Source: a phage
Assembly (NCBI GenBank): GCA_012178725.1
Contig: GCA_012178725.1_3030.1
DNA: 64,000 nucleotides
Reading direction: 5' to 3' (one strand)
The translations under genes and the position numbers were made by a program. The notes under the pieces are model-generated. The model was not told the DNA's origin, made no database searches, and saw nothing but the letters and a program-made list of their open reading frames with translations. Positions 1 through 10,507 of the stretch are shown piece by piece (the stretch's first letter is position 1; each line of letters opens with the position of its first letter).

Positions 1-1
1 A

Positions 2-3000
2 ATGGCCGAGATTAAAAGAAAGTTCAGAGCAGAAGATGGTCTGGACGCAGGTGGCGATAAAATAATCAACGTAGCTTTAGCTGATCGTGCCGTAGGAACT
101 GACGGTGTTAACGTTGATTACTTAATTCAAGAAAACACAGTTCAACAATACGATCCAACTCGTGGATATTTAAAAGATTTTGTAATCATTTATGATAACC
201 GCTTTTGGGCTGCTATAAATGATATTCCAAAACCAGCAGGAGCTTTTAATAGCGTACGCTGGAGAGCGTTACGTACTGATGCAAACTGGACAACTGTTTC
301 ATCAGGACCTTATCAATTAAAATCGGGTGAATCAATTTCAGTTGATACTGCAGCTGGTAATGACATTACATTTACTTTACCATCTACCCCAATTGACGGT
401 GATACTATCGTTCTCCAAGATATTGGAGGAAAACCTGGAGTTAATCAAGTTTTAATTACAGCTCCGGTACAAAGCATTGTAAATTTTAGAGGTCAGCAAG
501 TACGTTCAGTACTAATGACTCATCCAAAATCACAGATAGTTTTAATTTTTAGTAATCGTCTGTGGCAAATGTATGTCGCTGATTATAGTAGAGAAGCTGT
601 AGTTGTAACGCCTGCGAGTCTCTATCAGGCGCAATCAAACGATTTTATCGTACGTAGATTTACTTCTGCTTCAGCAATTAATATTAAACTTCCAAGATTT
701 GCCAATCATGGCGATATTATTAATTTCGTTGATTTGGATAAATTAAATCCTCTTTATCACACAATTGTTACTACATATGATGAAACAACTTCAGTACAAG
801 AAGTTGGAACTCATTCCATTGAAGGTCGTACATCGATTGACGGTTTCTTGATGTTTGATGATAATGACAAATTGTGGAGATTGTTTGACGGGGATAGTAA
901 AGCACGTTTACGCATTATAACAACTAATTCTAATATTCGTCCAAATGAAGAAGTCATGGTATTTGGCGCGAATAATGGAACAACCCAAACAATTGAACTT
1001 CAGCTTCCGACTGATATTTCTGTTGGTGATACTGTCAAAATTTCCATGAATTACATGAGAAAAGGACAAACAGTTAAAATCAAAGCTGCCGGTGAAGATA
1101 AAATTGCTTCTTCAGTTCAATTGCTGCAATTTCCAAAACGTTCAGAATACCCACCTGAAACTAAATGGGTGACTGTTCAAGAATTAGTTTTTAATGGCGA
1201 AACCAATTATGTTCCAGTTTTACAGCTTGCTTATATCGAAGATTCCGATGGAAAATATTGGGTTGTACAGCAAAACGTTCCAACTGTAGAAAGAGTAGAC
1301 TCTTTAAATAATTCTACTAGAGCAAGATTAGGCGTAATTGCTTTAGCTACACAGGCTCAAGCTAATGCTGATCTAGAAAATTCTCCACAAAAAGAACTGG
1401 CAATTACTCCAGAAACGTTAGCTAATCGTACTGCTACAGAAACTCGTAGAGGTATTGCAAGAATAGCAACAACTGCGCAAGTAAACCAGGATACCACATT
1501 CTCTTTTGCAGATGACCTTATCATCACTCCTAAAAAGTTGAATGAAAGAACTGCTACAGAAACTCGTAGGGGTGTCGCTGAAATTGCTACGCAGCAAGAA
1601 ACTAATACAGGAACCGATGATACTACAATCATCACTCCTAAAAAGCTTCAAGCTCGCCAAGGTTCTGAATCATTATCTGGTATTGTAACCTTTGTATCTA
1701 CTGCAGGAGCTACTCCAGCTTCTAGCCGTGAATTAAATGGTACGAATGTTTATAATAAAAACACTAATAATTTAGTTGTTTCACCTAAAGCTTTGGATCA
1801 GTATAAAGCTACTCCAACACAGCAAGGTGCAGTAATTTTAGCAGTTGAAAGTGAAGTAATTGCTGGACAAAGTCAGGAAGGATGGGCAAATGTGGTTGTA
1901 ACGCCAGAAACGTTACATAAAAAGACATCAACTGATGGAAGAATTGGTTTAATTGAAATTGCTACGCAAAGTGAAGTTAACACAGGAACTGATTATACTC
2001 GTGCAGTCACTCCTAAAACTTTAAATGACCGTAGAGCAACTGAAAGTTTAAGTGGTATAGCTGAAATTGCTACGCAAGTTGAATTCGACGCAGGCGTCGA
2101 CGATACTCGTATCTCTACACCATTAAAAATTAAAACTAGATTTAATAGTACTGATCGTACTTCTGTTGTTGCTCTATCTGGATTAGTTGAATCAGGAACT
2201 CTCTGGGACCATTATACCCTTAATATTCTTGAAGCAAATGAGACACAACGTGGTACACTTCGTGTAGCTACACAGGTCGAAGCTGCTGCAGGAACATTAG
2301 ATAATGTTTTAATAACTCCTAAAAAGCTTTTAGGTACTAAATCTACTGAAGCGCAAGAAGGTGTTATTAAAGTTGCAACTCAGTCTGAAACTGTGACTGG
2401 AACGTCAACAAATACTGCTGTATCTCCAAAAAATTTAAAATGGATTGTGCAGAGTGAACCTACTTGGGCAGCAACTACTCTGATAAGAGGTTTTGTTAAA
2501 ACTTCATCTGGTTCAATTACGTTCGTTGGTAATGATACAGTAGGTTCAACACAGCCATTAGAATCATATGAGAAAAATGGTTATGCAGTATCACCATATG
2601 AATTAAACCGTGTATTAGCAAATTATTTGCCGTTAAAAGCAAAAGCTGCTGATACAAATTTATTGGATGGTCTAGATTCATCTCAGTTCATTCGTAGGGA
2701 TATTGCGCAGACAGTTAATGGTTCACTAACCTTAACCCAACAAACGAATCTGAGTGCCCCTCTTGTATCATCTAGTACTGCTACGTTCGGTGGATCAGTT
2801 TCAGCAAATAGTACATTAACTATTTCTAATACTGGAACAGCAACTCGATTGATTTTTGAGAAAGGACCTCAAACTGGAACAAACCCAGCCCAAACGATGA
2901 CTGTTAGAGTGTGGGGAAATCAATTTAGTGGGGAATTAGATACAACACGTTCTACCGTATTTGAAGTTAGTGATGAAACATCTAGTCATTTTTATTCTCA

Positions 3001-3871
3001 GCGCAATAAAGCCGGAAATATAACATTTAATATCAACGGTACAGTAACACCGATAAATGTTAATGCTTCAGGAACATTGAATGCAAATGGCGTAGCAACA
3101 TTTGGTAATTCAGTCACTGCAACTGGTGAAATTATTTCTCGAAGCGCAAATGCTTTCCGTGCTATTAACGGAAATTATGGTTTCATTGTTCGCAACGATG
3201 GATCAGTAACGAATTTTATGCTTACTGCATCGGGTGATCAGACTGGTGGATTCAATGGATTACGTCCTTTAGCTATCAATAATGCATCTGGTCAAGTAAC
3301 AATTGGCGAAAGTTTAATTATTGCCAAAGGTGCTACTATAAATTCAGGCGGTTTGACTGTTAACTCGAGAATTCGTTCTCAGGGTACTAAAACATCTGAT
3401 TTATATACCCGTGCACCAACATCTGAAACTGTAGGATTCTGGTCAATTGATATTAACGATTCAGCCACTTATAACCAGTTCCCGGGTTATTTTAAAATGG
3501 TTGAAAAAACTAATGAAGTGACTGGACTTCCATACTTAGAACGTGGCGAAGAAGTTAAATCTCCTGGTACACTGACTCAGTTTGGTAACACACTTGATTC
3601 GCTTTACCAAGATTGGATTACTTATCCAACGACACCAGAAGCGCGTACTACTCGCTGGACACGTACATGGCAGAAAACCAAAAGCTCTTGGTCAAGTTTT
3701 GTTCAGGTATTTGACGGAGGTAACCCTCCTCAACCATCTGATATCGGTGCTTTACCATCTGATAATGCTACAATGGGGAATCTTACTATTCGTGATTTCT
3801 TACGAATTGGTAATGTTCGCATTATTCCTGACCCAGTGAATAAAACTGTTAAATTTGAATGGGTTGAATAA
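2..3871 (+). CDS. 34: Long tail fiber proximal subunit gp34
   Basis: 1289-aa ORF starting MAEIKRKFRAEDGLDAGG; length and sequence match T4 gp34 as recalled; followed by 35-36-37-38. Confidence 0.95.
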   Translation: MAEIKRKFRAEDGLDAGGDKIINVALADRAVGTDGVNVDYLIQENTVQQYDPTRGYLKDFVIIYDNRFWAAINDIPKPAGAFNSVRWRALRTDANWTTVSSGPYQLKSGESISVDTAAGNDITFTLPSTPIDGDTIVLQDIGGKPGVNQVLITAPVQSIVNFRGQQVRSVLMTHPKSQIVLIFSNRLWQMYVADYSREAVVVTPASLYQAQSNDFIVRRFTSASAINIKLPRFANHGDIINFVDLDKLNPLYHTIVTTYDETTSVQEVGTHSIEGRTSIDGFLMFDDNDKLWRLFDGDSKARLRIITTNSNIRPNEEVMVFGANNGTTQTIELQLPTDISVGDTVKISMNYMRKGQTVKIKAAGEDKIASSVQLLQFPKRSEYPPETKWVTVQELVFNGETNYVPVLQLAYIEDSDGKYWVVQQNVPTVERVDSLNNSTRARLGVIALATQAQANADLENSPQKELAITPETLANRTATETRRGIARIATTAQVNQDTTFSFADDLIITPKKLNERTATETRRGVAEIATQQETNTGTDDTTIITPKKLQARQGSESLSGIVTFVSTAGATPASSRELNGTNVYNKNTNNLVVSPKALDQYKATPTQQGAVILAVESEVIAGQSQEGWANVVVTPETLHKKTSTDGRIGLIEIATQSEVNTGTDYTRAVTPKTLNDRRATESLSGIAEIATQVEFDAGVDDTRISTPLKIKTRFNSTDRTSVVALSGLVESGTLWDHYTLNILEANETQRGTLRVATQVEAAAGTLDNVLITPKKLLGTKSTEAQEGVIKVATQSETVTGTSTNTAVSPKNLKWIVQSEPTWAATTLIRGFVKTSSGSITFVGNDTVGSTQPLESYEKNGYAVSPYELNRVLANYLPLKAKAADTNLLDGLDSSQFIRRDIAQTVNGSLTLTQQTNLSAPLVSSSTATFGGSVSANSTLTISNTGTATRLIFEKGPQTGTNPAQTMTVRVWGNQFSGELDTTRSTVFEVSDETSSHFYSQRNKAGNITFNINGTVTPINVNASGTLNANGVATFGNSVTATGEIISRSANAFRAINGNYGFIVRNDGSVTNFMLTASGDQTGGFNGLRPLAINNASGQVTIGESLIIAKGATINSGGLTVNSRIRSQGTKTSDLYTRAPTSETVGFWSIDINDSATYNQFPGYFKMVEKTNEVTGLPYLERGEEVKSPGTLTQFGNTLDSLYQDWITYPTTPEARTTRWTRTWQKTKSSWSSFVQVFDGGNPPQPSDIGALPSDNATMGNLTIRDFLRIGNVRIIPDPVNKTVKFEWVE
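1380..2460 (+). repeat. Tandem ~40-aa coding repeats in the gp34 shaft (TPxxL..RxATExxxG..IATQ motif, at least 6 copies)
   Basis: Motif RTATETRRG(I/V)A(R/E)IAT and ITPKKL recur in the translation; the repeats also generate the spurious antisense ORFs at 1357-1660. Confidence 0.8.
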
Positions 3872-3879
3872 GAGGTATT

Positions 3880-4995
3880 ATGGAAAAATTTATGGCAGAG
3901 TTTGGACAAGGATATGTCCAAACGCCATTTTTATCGGAAAGCAATTCAGTAAGATACAAAATAAGCATAGCGGGTTCTTGCCCGCTTTCTACAGCAGGAC
4001 CATACGTTAAATTTCAGGATAATCCTATCGGAAATCAAACATTTAGCGCAGGCCTTCATTTAAGAGTTTTTGACCCTTCCACCGGAGCATTAGTTGATAG
4101 TAAGTCATATGCTTTTTCGACTTCAAATGATACTACATCAGCTGCTTTTGTTAGTTTCATGAATTCTTTGACGAATAATCGAATTGTCGCTATATTAACT
4201 AGTGGAAAGGTTAATTTTCCTCCTGAAGTAGTATCTTGGCTAAGAACCGCCGGAACGTCTGCTTTTCCATCTGATTCTGTATTGTCAAGATTCGACGTAT
4301 CATATGCTGCTTTTTATACTTCTTCTAAAAGAGCTATTGCATTAGAGCATGTTAAATTAAGTAATAGAAAAAGCACAGATGATTATCAAACTATTTTAGA
4401 TGTTGTATTTGACAGTTTAGAAGACGTCGGAGCTACCGGGTTTCCAAGAAGAACGTATGAAAGTGTTGAGCAATTCATGTCGGCGGTTGGTGGAACTAAT
4501 AACGAAATTGCGCGTCTACCAACTTCAGCTGCTATAAGTAAATTATCTGATTATAATTTAATTCCTGGTGATGTTCTTTATCTTAAAGCACAGTTATATG
4601 CTGATGCTGATTTACTTGCTCTTGGAACTACAAATATATCTATCCGTTTTTATAATGCATCAAATGGATATATTTCTTCAACACAAGCTGAATTTACTGG
4701 GCAAGCTGGGTCATGGGAATTAAAGGAAGATTATGTAGTTGTTCCAGAAAACGCAGTAGGATTTACGATATATGCACAAAGAACTGCACAGGCTGGTCAA
4801 GGCGGCATGAGAAATTTAAGCTTTTCTGAAGTATCAAGAAATGGCGGAATTTCAAAACCTGCAGAATTTGGCGTCAATGGTATTCGAGTTAATTATGTCT
4901 GTGAATCCGCTTCACCTCCGGATATAATGGTACTTCCTACACAAGCATCGTCTAAAACTGGTAAAGTGTTTGGACAAGAATTTAGAGAAGTTTAA
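3880..4995 (+). CDS. 35: Long tail fiber hinge connector gp35
   Basis: 371-aa ORF 8 nt after gene 34; sequence matches T4 gp35 as recalled. Confidence 0.93.
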   Translation: MEKFMAEFGQGYVQTPFLSESNSVRYKISIAGSCPLSTAGPYVKFQDNPIGNQTFSAGLHLRVFDPSTGALVDSKSYAFSTSNDTTSAAFVSFMNSLTNNRIVAILTSGKVNFPPEVVSWLRTAGTSAFPSDSVLSRFDVSYAAFYTSSKRAIALEHVKLSNRKSTDDYQTILDVVFDSLEDVGATGFPRRTYESVEQFMSAVGGTNNEIARLPTSAAISKLSDYNLIPGDVLYLKAQLYADADLLALGTTNISIRFYNASNGYISSTQAEFTGQAGSWELKEDYVVVPENAVGFTIYAQRTAQAGQGGMRNLSFSEVSRNGGISKPAEFGVNGIRVNYVCESASPPDIMVLPTQASSKTGKVFGQEFREV

Positions 4996-5000
4996 ATTGA

Positions 5001-5027
5001 GGGAGCCTTCGGGTTCCCTTTTTCTTT
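5001..5027 (+). terminator. Intrinsic terminator after gene 35 (UUCG-loop hairpin plus T-run)
   Basis: gggagcc-ttcg-ggttccc followed by ttttttcttt, 6 nt after the gene 35 stop. Confidence 0.7.
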
Positions 5028-5034
5028 ATAAATA
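5027..5034 (+). promoter_or_regulatory. T4-type late promoter (TATAAATA) for genes 36-37-38
   Basis: Exact TATAAATA about 24 nt upstream of the gene 36 ATG. Confidence 0.7.
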
Positions 5035-5057
5035 CTATTAAAATAAAGGGGCATACA

Positions 5058-5735
5058 ATGGCTGATTTAAAAGTAGGTTCAACAACTGGAGGCTCTGTCA
5101 TTTGGCATCAAGGAAATTTTCCATTGAATCCAGCCGGTGACGATGTACTCTATAAATCATTTAAAATATATACAGAATATAATAAACCACAAGCAACTGA
5201 TAACGATTTCGTTTCTAAAGCATCAGGTGGCACATATTTAAACAAAGTATCATTTAATGCAGGTGTACAAATCCCGTTTTCTAAAGACGGCGTAATTCAA
5301 ACAGGGAACATTAATGGTATTTTTCCTGGAGTTGATGATGGGGCCGATTTTACAGCAAACAACCTAGATATCGTTTCTTGGTATGGTGTTGGATTTAAAT
5401 CTTCATTAGGTAATTCAGGATATACGATATCCATTAATACTCGTACAGGCACAATTAATACTAAAGGCGGTGTTTACGCCTCTGGACAAGTTCGTTCAGA
5501 CATGGCTGCACCTGTTGCGGTTAACGATCTTACTCGTAAAGATTATGTTGATGGAGCAATAAATATTGTTACAGCAAACGCAAACTCTAGGGTATTACGC
5601 TCTGGAGACACTATGACAGGAAATTTAACTGCGCCAAACCTTTTTTCACAGAATCCTGCATCTCAACCCTCACATGTTCCACGATTTGACCAAATTGTTA
5701 TTAAGGATTCTGTTCAAGATTTCGGCTATTATTAA
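5058..5735 (+). CDS. 36: Long tail fiber distal connector gp36
   Basis: 225-aa ORF; N- and C-terminal sequence matches T4 gp36 as recalled. Confidence 0.93.
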   Translation: MADLKVGSTTGGSVIWHQGNFPLNPAGDDVLYKSFKIYTEYNKPQATDNDFVSKASGGTYLNKVSFNAGVQIPFSKDGVIQTGNINGIFPGVDDGADFTANNLDIVSWYGVGFKSSLGNSGYTISINTRTGTINTKGGVYASGQVRSDMAAPVAVNDLTRKDYVDGAINIVTANANSRVLRSGDTMTGNLTAPNLFSQNPASQPSHVPRFDQIVIKDSVQDFGYY

Positions 5736-5743
5736 GAGGACTT

Positions 5744-8700
5744 ATGGCTACTTTAAAACAAATACAATTTAAAAGAAGCAAAACTGCAGGAGCACGTCCT
5801 GCCGCTTCAGTATTAGCCGAAGGTGAATTGGCTATAAACTTAAAAGACCGTGTACTTTTTACTAAAGATGACCAAGGAAATATTATTGATCTGGGTTTTG
5901 CTAAAGGCGGTAGTATTGACGGGAATGTTATTCATACAGGCAATTATAACCAAACTGGCGATTATACTTTAAATGGCGTCTTCACTCAGACTGGTAATTT
6001 TAATTTAACTGGTATTGCTCGAGTAACTCGCGATATTATTGCCGCTGGGCAGATTATGACTGAAGGCGGAGAACTTATTACAAAAAGTTCAGGTACAGCG
6101 CATGTTCGTTTTTTCGATGGCAATAGTCGCGAACGTGGAATCATTTATGCCCCGGCTAATGACGGTTTAACTACACAAGTACTTAATATCAGGGTTCAAG
6201 ACTATGCCGCTGGCAGCGAAAGCACTTATGCATTTTCAGGCAGTGGCCTATTTACTTCACCTGAAGTATCAGCATGGAAATCTATTTCGTCTCCACAAAT
6301 TCTGACCAACAAAGTCATTACTAATAATAAATCTACGGGTGATTATGACATCTATTCGATGGCAGACAATGTTCCATTGTCTGAAAGCACTACTGCTATT
6401 AATCATCTTCGTGTCATGCGTAATGCCGTTGGTTCTGGTATTTTCCATGAAGTTAAAGATAATGATGGAATAACTTGGTATGCAGGTGATGGACTTGACA
6501 CCTATCTTTGGTCATTTACTTGGAGCGGCGGAATTAAATCAAGTCACTCAATTTCTATTGGTTTAACATCTGGTAGTAAAGATTATTCAATATTAGGACC
6601 ATCTAGTATTGCTTTAGGAGATAATGATACTGGATTTAAATGGCATCAAGATGGATATTATTTTAGCGTTAATAATGGAACAAAAACGTTTTTATTTAGT
6701 CCTAGCGAAACAACTAGCCTAAGAAAATTTGTAGCTGGATATTCTACTAACGGAACCGATTTAACTACTCCTCCAACTGAAAATTATGCTCTTGCTACTG
6801 TCGTGACATATCACGATAATAACGCGTTTGGAGATGGTCAGACTCTTTTAGGATATTATCAAGGCGGTAACTATCATCACTATTTCCGCGGCAAGGGTAC
6901 TACAAACATTAATACTCACGGCGGTTTGTTAGTTACTCCTGGTAATATTGACGTTATTGGTGGTTCTGTTAATATTGATGGTAGAAATAATGCTTCTACA
7001 CTGTTGTTTAGAGGTAACACAACTGGTAGTAGTTCAGTTGATAATATGACAATTTCCGTTTGGGGCAATACGTTTACTAATCCTAGTGAAGGCACCCGTA
7101 AAAATGTCATGGAAATTTCTGACGCAACTAGCTGGATGAGTTATATTCAAAGACTTACTACTGGTGAAGTAGAAATGAACGTTAACGGTTCATTTGAATC
7201 ATCCGGTGTTACTGCTGGAAATAGAGGAGTTCACACAACAGGCGAAATTTCATCTGGAGCAGTGAATGCTCTTCGCATTTGGAATGCAGATTATGGAGCT
7301 ATTTTTAGACGTTCAGAAGGTAGTCTTCATATTATTCCAACTGCTTATGGTGAAGGCAAAAATGGTGATATCGGTCCACTTCGTCCATTTAGTATTGCTT
7401 TGGATACTGGTAAGGTTGTTATTCCAGATTTAGAATCAAGTTATAACACGTTTGCTGCAAATGGCTACATTAAATTTGCTGGTCATGGCGCTGGCGCTGG
7501 TGGTTATGATATTCAGTATTCACAAGCTGCTCCTATTTTCCAAGAAATTGATGACGACGCTGTAAGCAAATATTATCCTATTGTTAAACAGAAGTTTCTA
7601 AACGGTAAATCCGTTTGGTCTTTAGGTACTGAAATTAATTCGGGTACATTCGTTATTCATCATCTGAAAGAAGATGGATCGCAGGGCCATACATCTCGTT
7701 TTAATCAAGACGGTACTGTTAACTTCCCGGATAACGTTCAGGTCGGCGGCGGTGAAGCTACTATTGCTCGTAATGGTAACATCTGGTCTGATATCTGGAA
7801 AACGTTTACTTCAGCAGGCGACGTAACTAATATTCGCGATGCTATTGCTACTCGCGTTGCCAAAGAAGGCGACACGATGACCGGCACTCTTTGGATTAAT
7901 AAAGATGCCGCTGGAATAGTTCTTAATCCTCCTTTGACCAGTGATTCATCATTTATTCGTTCTGATACGGCCGGGGCCAATAATTGGTATATTGGTAAAG
8001 GCGGTGCCGACAATGGTCTAGGTTTTTACAGTTACATTACACAAGGCGGTGTATACATAACAAATACCGGTGAAATATCGCTTTCTCCTCAAGGACAAGG
8101 AACATTTAATTTTAATAGAGACCGCCTTTATATAAATGCTAGTCAATGGGTTGCACATAAATCTGGCGCTTGGGGCGACCAATGGGGCTTAGAAGCTCCT
8201 GTATTTGTGGATTTTGGTAGTGTCAGTAATGACTGCTATTATCCTATTATTAAAGGAAAATCTGGTATTACTAACGAAGGATATTTTTCCGGCGTAGATT
8301 TTGGTATGCGACGCATTACTAATACATGGGCACAAGGTATTATTCGTGTAGGTAATCAGGAAAACGGTTCAGACCCACAAGCCATCTATGAATTCCACAG
8401 TAACGGTACTTTTTATGCCCCTAGCCTACTTAAGAGCAACAGAGTATCAGCAGGTGGCGGTGACCCTGTATGGGCCGGGCCATGTATTGTTCTTGGCGAT
8501 AATGACACAGGTCTAGTTTGGGAAGCAGATGGTATTTTCAACGCATATGCAAACGGCCAAGGTGTATTCAGTTTTAGAGCTGGTCTCGCACAAACATTCG
8601 GTAACGTAGCGTTAAACGTTAACGCAGGTATGTATGTTCGTGATAACATTGATGTTAACGACGTTTATATCCGTTCTGATATTCGTTGTAAGTCAGAAAT

Positions 8701-8995
8701 TAAGCTTATTAAGAACGCTCAAGAGAAATCTAAACTCTTAGGCGGCTATACTTATCTGCTTAAAAACTCTGTTACAGACGAAGTTAAACCATCTGCAGGT
8801 TTAATTGCTCAGGAAGTTCAAGAAGTATTGCCTGAACTTGTTTCTGAAGATAAAGAGACCGGACTGCTTCGTTTGAACTATAACGGTATTATCGGTTTAA
8901 ATACTGCTACAATCAACGAGCATACAGATGAAATCAAGGAATTGAAATCTGAAATTGCCGAATTGAAAGCATTAATTAAATCATTGATAAAATAA
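5744..8995 (+). CDS. 37: Long tail fiber distal subunit gp37 with C-terminal intramolecular chaperone domain
   Basis: 1083-aa ORF in the gene 37 position; last ~106 aa carry an SDxRxK autocleavage motif and a coiled-coil tail. Confidence 0.93.
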   Translation: MATLKQIQFKRSKTAGARPAASVLAEGELAINLKDRVLFTKDDQGNIIDLGFAKGGSIDGNVIHTGNYNQTGDYTLNGVFTQTGNFNLTGIARVTRDIIAAGQIMTEGGELITKSSGTAHVRFFDGNSRERGIIYAPANDGLTTQVLNIRVQDYAAGSESTYAFSGSGLFTSPEVSAWKSISSPQILTNKVITNNKSTGDYDIYSMADNVPLSESTTAINHLRVMRNAVGSGIFHEVKDNDGITWYAGDGLDTYLWSFTWSGGIKSSHSISIGLTSGSKDYSILGPSSIALGDNDTGFKWHQDGYYFSVNNGTKTFLFSPSETTSLRKFVAGYSTNGTDLTTPPTENYALATVVTYHDNNAFGDGQTLLGYYQGGNYHHYFRGKGTTNINTHGGLLVTPGNIDVIGGSVNIDGRNNASTLLFRGNTTGSSSVDNMTISVWGNTFTNPSEGTRKNVMEISDATSWMSYIQRLTTGEVEMNVNGSFESSGVTAGNRGVHTTGEISSGAVNALRIWNADYGAIFRRSEGSLHIIPTAYGEGKNGDIGPLRPFSIALDTGKVVIPDLESSYNTFAANGYIKFAGHGAGAGGYDIQYSQAAPIFQEIDDDAVSKYYPIVKQKFLNGKSVWSLGTEINSGTFVIHHLKEDGSQGHTSRFNQDGTVNFPDNVQVGGGEATIARNGNIWSDIWKTFTSAGDVTNIRDAIATRVAKEGDTMTGTLWINKDAAGIVLNPPLTSDSSFIRSDTAGANNWYIGKGGADNGLGFYSYITQGGVYITNTGEISLSPQGQGTFNFNRDRLYINASQWVAHKSGAWGDQWGLEAPVFVDFGSVSNDCYYPIIKGKSGITNEGYFSGVDFGMRRITNTWAQGIIRVGNQENGSDPQAIYEFHSNGTFYAPSLLKSNRVSAGGGDPVWAGPCIVLGDNDTGLVWEADGIFNAYANGQGVFSFRAGLAQTFGNVALNVNAGMYVRDNIDVNDVYIRSDIRCKSEIKLIKNAQEKSKLLGGYTYLLKNSVTDEVKPSAGLIAQEVQEVLPELVSEDKETGLLRLNYNGIIGLNTATINEHTDEIKELKSEIAELKALIKSLIK

Positions 8996-9000
8996 TAAAA

Positions 9001-9014
9001 GGGCCTTCGGGCCC
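9001..9014 (+). promoter_or_regulatory. GC hairpin with UUCG loop between genes 37 and 38
   Basis: gggcc-ttcg-ggccc directly followed by the GGAGG ribosome-binding site and ATG of gene 38. Confidence 0.5.
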
Positions 9015-9025
9015 TGGAGGTTTTT

Positions 9026-9805
9026 ATGGCAGTAGTAGGAATTCCTGGTTGGATTGGGACTTCAGCCGTCGCTGAAACAGGCCAGCGCTGGATGTCAGCG
9101 GCCTCTAGAGAATTGCGTCTAGGGAACCCATCTTGGATGTCACAATTCGCTGGACGCTCAAGAGAAATTATTCACACGCTTGGAGCAGACCATAACTTCA
9201 ATGGTCAATGGTTTCGTGACCGTTGTTTTGAAGCCGGCGGTGCTCCTATAGTGTTTAATATCACAGGCAACTTAGTATCATATTCTAAAGACGTTCCTTT
9301 ATTCTTCATGTATGGTGATACTCCTAACGAATATGTTACTTTGAATATTCATGGTGGTGTTCATATGTGGGGCCGAGGTGGTAATGGTAGCGTAAATGGA
9401 AGCCCAGGCACTAATGGTGGCGACGTAATCCAAAATGATATTGGTGGACGACTTCGTATTTGGAACTATGGCGTTATTGCATCAGGCGGCGGCGGTGGTG
9501 GTGCAGTGTCATTACAGAATAGCTGGGCACCAAATGCTACAGCAGGTGGCGGTGGTGGTAGACCGTTTGGCATCGGCGGAGGCGGCGTTAATTGGCCGGG
9601 TGGTAATGCTAGTTATGACGCGCCTGGCGGTGCCGGTTACACTTCCCAATTCGGCGGAGGCAATGGCGGTGATGCTGGAGGTCGGGGTGGAGATGGATGG
9701 GGTAATCACTTATCTAGATCCGGCGGTGGTGCTCCAGGTAGAGCGGTATTCGGTTCTTCACCATCATGGGGTGCAACAGGCACGATCTACGGTTCCTGGA
9801 TTTAA
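9026..9805 (+). CDS. 38: Tail fiber adhesin gp38, T2-type with glycine-rich motifs
   Basis: 259-aa ORF with several poly-Gly runs ([20 protein letters not shown]); T4 gp38 is a shorter chaperone without these. Confidence 0.85.
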   Translation: MAVVGIPGWIGTSAVAETGQRWMSAASRELRLGNPSWMSQFAGRSREIIHTLGADHNFNGQWFRDRCFEAGGAPIVFNITGNLVSYSKDVPLFFMYGDTPNEYVTLNIHGGVHMWGRGGNGSVNGSPGTNGGDVIQNDIGGRLRIWNYGVIASGGGGGGAVSLQNSWAPNATAGGGGGRPFGIGGGGVNWPGGNASYDAPGGAGYTSQFGGGNGGDAGGRGGDGWGNHLSRSGGGAPGRAVFGSSPSWGATGTIYGSWI

Positions 9806-9824
9806 ATGGTAATACCTCTCAGCA

Positions 9825-9832
9825 TATAAATA
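9825..9832 (+). promoter_or_regulatory. T4-type late promoter (TATAAATA) for holin gene t
   Basis: Exact TATAAATA about 19 nt upstream of the t ATG, followed by AAAGGAGGG. Confidence 0.7.
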
Positions 9833-9850
9833 TCCTTAAAAGGAGGGTCT

Positions 9851-10507
9851 ATGGCAGCACCTAGAATATCATTTTCGCCCTCTGATATTCTATTTGGTGT
9901 TCTAGATCGCTTGTTCAAAGATAACGCTACCGGGAAAGTTCTTGCTTCCCGGGTAGCTGTCGTAATTCTTTTATTTATGATGGCGATTGTTTGGTATAGG
10001 GGAGATAGTTTCTTTGAGTACTATAAGCAATCAAAGTATGAAACATACAGTGAAATTATTGAAAAGGAAAGAAATGCACGCTTTGAATCTGTCGCCCTGG
10101 AACAACTCCAGATAGTTCACATATCATCTGAGGCAGACTTTAGTGCGGTGTATTCTTTCCGCCCTAAAAACTTAAACTATTTTGTTGATATTATAGCATA
10201 CGAAGGAAGATTACCTTCAACAATAACTGAAAAATCACTTGGAGGATATCCTGTTGATAAAACTATGGATGAATATGCAGTTCATTTAAATGGACGTCAT
10301 TATTATTCTGACTCAAAATTTGCTTTTTTACCAACTAAAAAGCCTACTCCCGAAATAAACTACATGTACAGTTGTCCATATTTTAATTTGGATAATATCT
10401 ATGCTGGAACAATAACCATGTACTGGTATAGAAATGATCATATAAGTAATGACCGCCTTGAATCAATATGTGCTCAGGCGGCCAGAATATTAGGAAGGGC
10501 TAAATAA
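9851..10507 (+). CDS. t: Holin
   Basis: 218-aa ORF matching T4 holin T in length and sequence as recalled; hydrophobic segment near N-terminus. Confidence 0.93.
   Translation: MAAPRISFSPSDILFGVLDRLFKDNATGKVLASRVAVVILLFMMAIVWYRGDSFFEYYKQSKYETYSEIIEKERNARFESVALEQLQIVHISSEADFSAVYSFRPKNLNYFVDIIAYEGRLPSTITEKSLGGYPVDKTMDEYAVHLNGRHYYSDSKFAFLPTKKPTPEINYMYSCPYFNLDNIYAGTITMYWYRNDHISNDRLESICAQAARILGRAK

Noticed and set aside
1357-1660. Two antisense ORFs (92 aa and 80 aa) inside gene 34
   Set aside because: They lie entirely within the gp34 frame and are generated by the tandem shaft repeats; no ribosome-binding site or promoter
9435-9812. Overlapping + and - strand ORFs in gene 38, and repeat structure that could suggest a CRISPR array
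   Set aside because: Product of the G-rich codon runs encoding the gp38 glycine-rich motifs; the repeats are coding, irregular and have no spacer structure
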